NCBI RefSeq assembly: GCF_031769215.1
Contig: NW_026782496.1
Location: 620,001 to 683,914, forward strand
Source: Ylistrum balloti
Lineage: Eukaryota
DNA: 63,914 bases
Reading direction: 5' to 3'
A program made the position numbers and the translations under genes. The notes under the pieces are model-generated. The model did not search any database. It saw only the letters and a program-made list of their open reading frames with translations, and was not told the origin of the DNA. Positions 26,601 through 37,400 of the stretch are shown here, piece after piece. The first letter of the stretch is position 1; each line of letters opens with the position of its first letter.

Positions 26601-28951
26601 TTCAGAAAGGAACACCATACGATAATTTCATTTCAGGAATTAAATATCATCAAGTGTTAATTCCAACACGAATAGATACAAATTTATCACTCGGAAATAT
26701 ATATACTTTCTTTAAATCGGCAATTCAGTTCAGTGTTTTACCGTGCCCTGGTTTTCGACGATAGACAGAAGTATGAGAATCATCTGGTCCGAATCATCTG
26801 TCCAGTCGCCCGTTTTCCAGTGTACGCGATGATGATCCTCAATCTTGTGAGAAAATTCCAGTTCCTTCCGCATCGTCTTGTAGTGCTACACCGATTAACA
26901 AAACTAGTCAAATCAATTACTTAATGGCCCATTCCAATAGATGTCTTCAACAGTAATAATTTGAATCTTTGTTCTGTTGGTTCTTAACATTAAACATCTT
27001 CAGAACCGACAATAGCAATAATCAATCAAGGATATTACGGGTTACATTAGAACAATTTCGCTATATTAATAATCACCTTAAAAACAGAACAACGAGTCTT
27101 CATGATAGTGCAGTGCCGCTAGACTCAGTCACTGAAATTCTTCAGAAATACCATTTAAACCCTTTTTTATCAAAAAGAAATCTCTTGTGGTGATGAAAGA
27201 ATGACAAAACGTACGAAAATAAAATATAAGACTTCACATGATGTAGGTTTAGAAGTTCATGTATAGACGAACACGTTGAAAACAGCAGGTGAACAATACC
27301 TCTTTGCATTCCTCTTTCGTCAGAAACTCTGTAAGCAGTCCAATAGCATCCCCAGCACATTGTCCAAAGATTGTTCCAAGGATTCTTTGAACTGTTTCGT
27401 TGGTCACATTCACTGGCTTTTTGGGAATTCTTGCTGGTGTGTTTTTACTGCCATCTAGGGATGGTAGAGTGGGCTCAGGATTTGATTGTGGTAGTGTTGC
27501 GCCGTCGTTTAATGAAGTTGCAGTGCCATCTACCGGAGTATCAGTGCTATTGTCTGTTGGTGGTGTTTTCAAATCCTCTACTAGTGGTGGTATAGCAACC
27601 TCTGCTAAAGGTGATGTGGCGCCATCTGTTTTTGATGTGACGTCACATTCAGATTTCGTTATAGCGTCATCTATTGTGGATGAGGTGCTGCCTTTTCCTA
27701 ACAATGATGTGTCGCCATCTAGCGATGATGTTACGGAGTCAGGTTTTGTGGGTTGTATGACTCCAGAATCTGTGACAACAGAAGGTCCACGTTGATCTTC
27801 AGTCTGCAATTAACATTATGTAAAATTCGTTTTACTATTTTTTTGCATTATTATGTCATCTGTTTTTGTCTTCTAAATTAAGCAAAAATCAGAACTCCAA
27901 TTCAAATATGTACAAACTTGAACTGTTGATTCGTGTATTGGTACAAGGCAGTTTAATTGTTATTTGAAAAACATAAAATTGATACATTAAAATGGTGTAT
28001 CGTTTATTTCAGTCGTGTTGGTTTTCTTCAAGTACGTCAATTGGTTCATCAAAATCATTGAAACAAAACGAGATAAAACATTTAACATTTTCAGATAAAT
28101 TAATGATAAAATTGTGAATTAGTTACGCGTATTTTTCCAATTCTACTAATAACTGGTTACCACTTAAGCCTCCTATAAACTATTTGCAAGCATGTATACT
28201 CGTGTAGCTAGCAGGTTAACTACCGGGCAGAAAATAACCATATTCTGTCGATGTTCAGGCTAGTGTCCGAGCCATGGTAGATGGTATGTTTATATTACTA
28301 TCCTTAGTAACAAGAGTTCTTATCGAAGGACATAATATACTCCTAAGTTTTGATTACATCGAAGTTAAAAACGCTGAGGCTGAAACTGATGATCGATCTT
28401 AGTCGAATGTTGGATATTGATGAACGTGTAGTAATTTGTTAAGAGCTGGAGTTAATTCCATCACTGTTTCAAAGAAATTTCAATAATATTATGTCTATTT
28501 GGATTAAAGTGGGGACAGTTCCCCATCTTTCCTTTTTATAATGCAAGTGGATGACCTTAAAAATCACTCACTTACTAACAGTCAATATTGTACATGGTTT
28601 GATTGCTTTCGCCTTCATAACTTTTATCTCAGAACTTGTGCAAGTCTATCTTTGTTATTGAAAAGAACGACAACTCTAGATTTAGACCGACTGTGATGGA
28701 GATGAGGGTTGGGCTTTACCTGTACAACTGAAGCCCCACCCATTGTAACCTTACTCAAGTCCGATATATTACACAATCTCAAATGCAGAGAGACCCATCG
28801 ATTTTACGTGCTAAGATTAGAACGTTGTTAGCTCCATATGGTAATGACATTATAATCCACACGGAAATTTAGACTAGGCTAGTCTATGAAATATATCAGC
28901 AAACATCTATCGTATCATTGTGTTTCATACCTTAGCATCAGCTGATGCCAT
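23644..28951 (-). CDS. ADP-ribosylglycohydrolase (DraG/Tri1/ARH-like), paralog A (493 aa)
   Basis: Exons 28951-28931, 27803-27300, 26885-26742, 26460-26317, 26068-25914, 25149-24996, 24449-24291, 24102-23972, 23713-23644 (1482 nt, all GT-AG, phase-consistent). Family motifs: GTIFGQCAGDAIGLLTEF, GDWTDDSDQM, GMGQG, AANGAVMRTS, THADPR, GGDADTNACVAGAMLG. Confidence 0.92.
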
Positions 28952-30339
28952 ACTAATCTTGGTTTCGTCCTCCCGTCTGCTTCTTGTCAGTCATGCTACC
29001 TAATTATAATAATTATAAATACTTCTTGAACGAGGGGGGATAACTCGTGGATCTAGTATGGAATGAGTTTGTTGCTACCGACAGCTTCATTTAAAAAAAT
29101 GCACGATATACGTAGATGACGATAGATCCACATAGAGAATGAAATGATATTCTTTTATATTTGTTGATATTAAAGATAAAAAGTATTTATCTTATTTTTA
29201 TCATTTCAGCACAAGCTCGGTTATCAATCGAGATGACATTAGTTCGACAATGAAACATTGCAAGATGTTCCACCAACGACCAACTTTATAAGATTTTGCT
29301 GTATAATTTTGCTACAGCGAGGTTTCAGTTCTACTCATTCTCAGTTAAATGAAATTTGAAATCTCAGGCAATCAGGTGCACAAACATATTAAGTGCCATC
29401 ACGTTTTAATCATACAAATCGTATCATTTCATCACTAATTGATGACGCACAAAATTAAATTTCCCTACAGATTTCCCTTTGTGTTATTTAAGTACATGAA
29501 CAATGGAATAATGGTAAGCGGATCCATCCAGTACTTCTCATTAAAAAGTAATAGCAATTTTTTATAGTCAAAATTTGACATAGCCCACTTTCAGACATTT
29601 TGAATTTCTGATTACTTTCAAAATAAATATAAAAAAAACACACAACAAACGGCCAAAGGGAAACTTAATATGTAATTTGGAAATACCAATCCTGTACCGA
29701 AATAACAATAACAAATTATAACTGTCAAAAACCAACATGGCTGCCTGTCGGCCTTCTTGTCGTTTGATCAGTCTCAAAACGGTCTATGCAAAACCATGGA
29801 CCACTTACAACCTATATGAAGTTATACTTTTGACAAGTTGGTTTTTCTTTCGGCAGCGTCGCTAGCTTTTCCAGAAGTTATTCATTTACATGTAAATCAA
29901 TTGTTCGACAGCGGACATGTCAGTACATCAATCATTTACAAAACTGCCTGTCTTAGCGATCTCTACACGGTGAACTTTTATTACTTTGACCCCAGTTACT
30001 TACGAACTAAAAGTACTAGTGATATTCCAGTCAATCCTGAAGATAGTTACATTTTAGTATGGACATCTGAATCCACGGAATATATTGCGGATTTTATTTT
30101 TCGTGTGTATTTCTCAAACTCCCAAAACATATTAATTTGATAAATGATTAATAAGCGGTTATGCCTTATTCGGTTTACTTCAGTGTTAGTTCAGTTATAT
30201 TGAGACAAGAACAACCCACACGTGTAAAATAACCGACGAGTTTCCCTCCCTCCCTTCCTATCTAAAGCATTTGTTTTACTTTCTCAGCTGGGCCTCCCGC
30301 TCTTTACTAGAAAGACGATACCCTCCAGTCCTTCTTAAT

Positions 30340-30540
30340 ATTGTTTCCTCCTTCACCCTCGGATGCTTCAGACTAATTGGGACGGAGCCCAAGCATTCCT
30401 ACTGAATGAGTAAGATACTTTCACAAAATTTTATTGATTTTCTGACATTCTTAAAAAGGATTTCAAAGAAATTTGCTCCAATTTCCCCTTTTTGGACACT
30501 ACCACTCCTGCCTCAGAGGGTCTTATACCCACTGTTTATA
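30340..30540 (+). mobile_element. Fragment related to the element at 38117-38636
   Basis: Shared blocks GGATGCTTCAGAC and ATTTCCC...CTCCTGCC. Confidence 0.35.
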
Positions 30541-31445
30541 CATAAGTAATTCCCTGTAATTACACGTACATGTACGAATGCTTCAACCAATGTTGTAGAA
30601 AATTCAATTATTCCTACATAAGAAGGATTTTTAAAGAACTTACATTATCATTAAATAAAACAAAAGCCAGGTATATTGTATATAAAAAAGTATATTCAAT
30701 CTAAAACAAACAGCTAAAATAAAAAAAAGATATTATAGCATTTATATTTCACAGTCATAATTTAATTTATTGACAACAAATTACCATGCTATGAACACAT
30801 CAGTAACATAATCATTATTGTACTCAATCAGACTCATCAGTAAACTTGAAATAGGCAAGCTAAAAAAGTGTTTATGATTTGTTCACACCGCCAATAAAAT
30901 GATGGGAATTTTGGGCATACAGTGTAGAATTCTGACATCCCTTATCACAAGAACAAGAGGAAATTTTGTAACAAAAAAAAAATGTTCATCATTATTTAAA
31001 AATGTCATGGTATATATTTAAACATGATAATATATTAAATGGTATGCAATTAATTAAGCTCCGCCAGTTGATAAAGAAATTGTATTGCACTCCCCTAAAT
31101 AATTCTACATATATTGTACATCAAGAATTAGCCTCATGATTTCTTCTTTGGCACAAGCATTCTGATTCAACAATTAGAGCACGAAAACGTATTGAGTCAG
31201 CAGCATAATATGTTAATCTGGAACTAATATTTCAGCTCCTGAGGACATCTAAAAATTTTAACTGTTTGTAATGAGACAGTCATTTAGCATCAATATCCAG
31301 CTAGGAGCAAATATGAGAGCTATATAAAAGCAATGTTGATAATCATTGATTTATGTGACCAATTTTACTAGGTTGTTTGATATTGTGGCGTTGGAACCCT
31401 CATCATAAAACAACACAACAGGGTAACTATTGTCCACACATATGC

Positions 31446-34400
31446 TCATGACAAATGTCCAGTCCAGTATGGTGTAAAGTCAATGTTGTGTACTTCAGCC
31501 ATCATACAGAAATACCTGTCATTGAAAACAAAGACACATAATGATAAAAGTGCATTCTCTTTGACTAAGTTATATGAAATGCTATCAAAAACTTCCATGG
31601 TAACAGATATATGTATTAAAACTTCCAAAATCTTCTTCTACAGAACCATAAAATCATGGAGTTTGATTTAATTTAAATACAAGCCAAATTTGTTGATTAT
31701 TTTATTTTGTTTATAACCAATATAAAGCATAGTCTACATGTCATATTCCTAATAACTGTTCAATGATAAGAGTTAACCTGGATGTGAGTTAACTAGTTAA
31801 ATGTTTGTGATTAAAATATACCATGACTTATCTTACAGGTAAGCAATACTGGCTTGTGTGCCTTTAGGTAAAGTCACCTACATGTACCTGGTGAATACAT
31901 CTAGTGAGACAGTAAACATACCTATCAATAATTGCCTCCAGCCATTCCTTATGAACTAGGTTTTGAGTCCAGCTGCTCGGAATTGCTCCAGCACCATATT
32001 TACATCCCATTAATGCTCCGGCCACACAAGCATTGGAGTCAGCATCCCCTCCCTGAAAAATATATCACATACAAAGTGAATTTCTTTTTTTTTCATGTTA
32101 CTACCCTGTTAACAATGAAATAATATTAATCACATAGATTTTAATATGACCACATTTTTAAATATATCTTGGCTATAATGTTGTAAGGATGGGCTCGACA
32201 TTTTTTATTATATCAATTGTGACGTTATCATTTTATGGCTTCGTCTGTGTTGTGACATCGTAAAAGATTGAGATTTTGAGTGAATAGATTTCATATCAAT
32301 GCTTAAAGTAGTTTTTACATGAATGTTTGCAAAATTTTAAATCAAAGTAAGATGATAAACAGAATCTCATATAAGAGTATCTCTATTTGTGTGGTTTCCC
32401 TGTCTTCATATTCATAACCAAATCAGAAGATAGGAAATGGGAAAAATAGAGTAATGTATTATTTATCTGTCTTGAACTATCTCTTATTGTAAGATAAATA
32501 TGGATTTTGTCTTAACAATATTAATCATCGTCTGTTAGATATGATCTGACAGTAGCTCCATGTATTTTAATTCTATTAGTACATGGAAAAAAATGCTTTT
32601 TGTTGAAATTTTATAAAATCTGGCATTGATTTGATTTAATTCTTTATTAATCAAAGTACTACAAGTGTGATGTAATTTTTCAAGCCAAAGGCTCACAAAA
32701 ATGAAAAAATGCTAGGCTCAGCCCATGTTCTCCTGAATGTATGACTAGCCAGCACATGAGAGACAAGAAGATTAACATTTACATGGACGGACGGACTGGT
32801 CTTTGTTATTTAGAAGCATTTACAAATCTTCTTCAAATAAAATGTCTTGATTCATTTTCATAACATGTAGAGAAGTGAACTGAGAATCTTATGAATATAC
32901 ACACAAGATACAGTGCTTTGGAATGTCAAGGTAACACAAGAACGGACAAATTAACAAACAATTTATAAAACTTCAGAAATGATTAATGCTCAAATGTACT
33001 GTGATCTCTCACAGTAGTAACAAAATGAGAAGAAATATAACCTGATTTAGATTCATTATTTGATATTACTAAGCAGACCTAAGAAAACAGAATACAAATA
33101 TGTGATTTTATCGTTAGTGTTACATGTACAAACCTCCATCACAATTTTTGTAATTGTCTCCCTTATATTCTCCTGCTTTAAAGCCCAGAAAGCTGTCCCC
33201 ATAGACTTGTATGTATATCCTATTTTTCCTTCTTCATCTAGTTTTAATTCTTTTAGTTTGGTACACTTCAGGTATGTCTTCAGTTCTTTTTTCTGGAAAA
33301 ATCAAATTATCGAAAATGCTTTAACATTTTTTTGAAGCCTGATTTTAAATACCATTGGTACAGCATTTACACACAAAAGCTACAAGCAGTGGTACAACAT
33401 ATCAAGTTTAAAAGAATGATAGTCAAGCAGTGGTACAAAATACCCAGTTTAAAAGAATGATGGTCATCATTTTTCAAATCAATGTAATTGTCATTTCATA
33501 TTTATGCTTAATGACTGTAAATAAAGTGAAATCAAATCTTCAATGTATATTACAAACATACAGTAGCACATCTTGAAATACAATCAGTCAGTCAATTTTG
33601 TTCTTCTGGATGATCCTTTTTATGGTGTATCAAAGAGATCACAGGTAGAAATGAATATCAGTTAAATACTTTCATCTGTAAAGAGGTGCATGTCAATATT
33701 TCAATGTTCAATGTTTCAAATATCCTAAGGATGTTGAGAGTGAGAGTATTATCCTATCCAATCCAATTTGGTATTAGCTTTGAATTAAAAATATAAATTC
33801 AAAAAATAAAAAATTGATCTGTGTATCTAATGGACTGTCAAAATATACATACACTTGTTTAGAGTTCTAACATTCAAAAATTTATATTCTGAAGTGAAAT
33901 TCAAAACTCTGCCTGTACACAAACTACACATGCTAATATTACAAAATATTTGGATCTTGCAACCATAGATTAATATTATAGATATAAATTATTTTTCATG
34001 AAAACAGCAATTTTATTTTATGGAAATGTGCTAGAATAATGAATGTTCTGATATTCTACCTCCTTTTCAGTTTCCAGACACTTTGATGCATAGTCGTAAC
34101 AATCATTTATAATTGCTTTGATATTGTAATTTCCTTTCTTGTCCAGATGTTTAGGTTGGCGCTGTAACATTAAGGCTATAGCCACACAAACAGCTACCAC
34201 AGAGGCCTGACACCTGCCAAAAATAATTTATGGTTGTAAATGACATATTCAGTGTTCTAAAAAAATCTTTTATTTGGATTTAAAATAAAAAAAAAGAATT
34301 GACTTCAATAGATATACACAACAACTTGCACTCTTTTGATACATACACTGTAAAAATAAGAAACATTTCTGATAAATACATTTTCTTGCAAATTCAATGG

Positions 34401-37400
34401 AAATAATATGTATATTGTATCAGGTCAGGCAAAATGATAACTACATAACAGTATTTTTATCTAAGTGCTGCCTTGTTTATCAAATCAAATCTTCAGTCAC
34501 AAATGATCTTGTGGGCCCACTATCGAGACACCATCTGTTGTCCAACTACACAATCAGGTTGTACCCAACCACCATTTAGTCTGATTGTCTCACTAGGCAG
34601 CCACTGTTTATCTTATTGTCCCCCTGGCTAGCCACTATTAATCTGGAGGTCCAATCAATAACTCTTGTTGTCCAACTACCCCGTCATCACTAATCTGTTG
34701 TCCAACTATCCAGACACCACTATCCAGACACCACTATATCTATCCAGCCACATCCCCCACACTGTTGTCCAACTATCCAGACACCACTATATCTGTTGTC
34801 CAACTATCCAGACACCACTATATCTGTTGTCCAACTATCCAGACACCACTATATCTGTTGTCCAACTATCCAGACACCACTATATCTGTTGTCCAACTAT
34901 CCAGACACCACTATATCTGTTGTCCAACTATCCAGACACCACTATATCTGTTGTCCAACTATCCAGACACCACTATATCTGTTGTCCAACTATCCAGACA
35001 CCACTATATCTGTTGTCCAACTATCCAGACACCACTATATCTGTTGTCCACACCAGCTATCACACCACTAATGCCACAGCTGTCCCACATACCAGCTATC
35101 AAATCTGTCCTCCCACTATCCAGTCACAGCTGTCCCACATACCAGCTACCACTATATCTGTCCTCTCACTATCCAGCCACAGCTGTCCCACACACCAGCT
35201 ACCACTATATCTGTCCTCTCACTATCCAGCCACAGCTGTCCCACATACCAGCTATCACTAATCTGTCCTCTCACTATCCAGCCACAGCTGTCCCACACAC
35301 CAGCTATCACTAATCTGTCCTCTCACTATCCAGTCACAGCTGTCCCACATACCAGCTATCACTAATCTGTCCTCTCACTATCCAGTCACAGCTGTCCCAC
35401 ATACCAGCTATCACTAATCTGTCCTCCCACTATCCAGTCACAGCTGTCCCACACACCAGCTATCACTAATCTGTCCTCCCACTATCCAGCCAACAGCTGT
35501 CCCACATACTAGCTATCACTAATCTGTCCTCTCACTATCCAGTCACAGCTGTCCCACATACCAGCTACCACTATATCTGTCCTCCCACTATCCAGCCACA
35601 GCTGTCCCACACACCAGCTATCACTAATCTGTCCTCTCACTATCCAGCCACAGCTGTCCCACACACCAGCTATCACTAATCTGTCCTCTCACTATCCAGT
35701 CACAGCTGTCCCACATACCAGCTATCACTAATCTGTCCTCTCACTATCCAGCCACAGCTGTCCCACATACCAGCTACCACTATATCTGTCCTCTCACTAT
35801 CCAGCCACAGCTGTCCCACATACCAGCTATCACTAATCTGTCCTCTCACTATCCAGTCACAGCTGTCCCACATACCAGCTATCACTAATCTGTCCTCTCA
35901 CTATCCAGTCACAGCTGTCCCACATACCAGCTATCACTAATCTGTCCTCTCACTATCCAGTCACAGCTGTCCCACATACCAGCTATCACTAATCTGTCCT
36001 CTCACTATCCAGTCACAGCTGTCCCACATACCAGCTATCACTAATCTGTCCTCTCACTATCCAGCCACAGCTGTCCCACACACCAGCTATCACTAATCTG
36101 TCCTCTCACTATCCAGCCACCACTGTCCTACATACAAGCCACCAATAATCTTGTTTTCCATGTGCTATTTATACCTGAAGAAATGATTAAAAATCTTGTT
36201 TATTACCTTGGATCAGCATGAGTTGCCTTCCCAATGGTAATGGCATTCTGTACCACAGTGTCTAAATCTGAATACATGTGGACTCCCAGGATACTTGTCC
36301 TCATCACTGATCCATTTGGAGCCAAGACTTTACCATTAGCTGTCCACACCAGATCAGCAGCCTTTGATGAAAGAATAATTACTCAGTACCATAACACCAT
36401 CGCAGAGCAATTTTGTAACATAAATATCAGATATAACCATCGCTTGATTGTAAACCATTCTTCACGAACATTAAAATCATTCAGGTATTTTACTGAAACA
36501 ATAATTTTTGAAAATCTATACTGCATAGATATTTCAAGATTCCTAAGACAATTTACTAATGTCAAATAAGATTTGAAAAACTCACAGCATGTGGATCATT
36601 CACATAGTCTGGGTTTTTTATTACGGTCATAGTTGTCTTCCCTTGGCCCATTCCAGCAAAATCACCTAACTCTGGAAATCCACTCTTGATCCAGTTCTTT
36701 ATCTTTCTTGCAAAGTCATTTACATCAACCTGTTCAACAGGTCAAAATTTGATAATTCGAAACATGTAGGTTCCCATTAGAGATTTCTGAGTACAGGACG
36801 GAAAAAGCAAGAAATTAAATCTGTTCAATATTTTTTAAACTTTTTTCATCAAAGTTTTCACCATATCTTCACAGTTAAGTGACACGTAGCCTTGCCACAT
36901 TCTAAATTTTCTTCTCCTAAAGATAATGTTTACAAAAACGAATAAAGAAAAGAGAATATAAACAGAAAAAAAAAGATCAAAACCTTGCCCTGTGTGTCAA
37001 TCAGTGACTGCAGAATTAGAATCATCTGGTCAGAATCGTCTGTCCAATCTCCAACTTTCCATCGTATACGATGCATATCACACACTATCTCCTTATGGGA
37101 GTATTCTAAGTTCTCCTTCACTGATTTGTAGTACTATAAAACAAAAATCACAAACAAAACAGCATTAATAAAATTCTTCTTCAAAATCATATTAACACTT
37201 TTTTTAAGAATTACATTTTTTTTATTTCATATTTCTATAATTTTGATTGATAATATGATACATAAATTCCATAAGTTAAAGAAACTAACAGATACATGTA
37301 CCAGAGAATTTAAAATTAGATTGTACTACTAAAATCTGTAGATCTAATATAAATGACCAGCCAGTGACTGGCAATGAGATTATTAGGCTGTATTATTAAT

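Noticed and set aside
29737-29865. CAACATGGCTGCC start context with a 42-aa ORF between the ARH genes
   Set aside because: Short, no donor or downstream exons found; the motif is also a common YY1/transposon-end sequence.
34665-35885. ORFs of 198, 182, 91 and 61 aa with repeated SNYPDTT/LSRHHY peptides
   Set aside because: Translations of the 31- and 52-bp intronic arrays; unit lengths are not multiples of 3.
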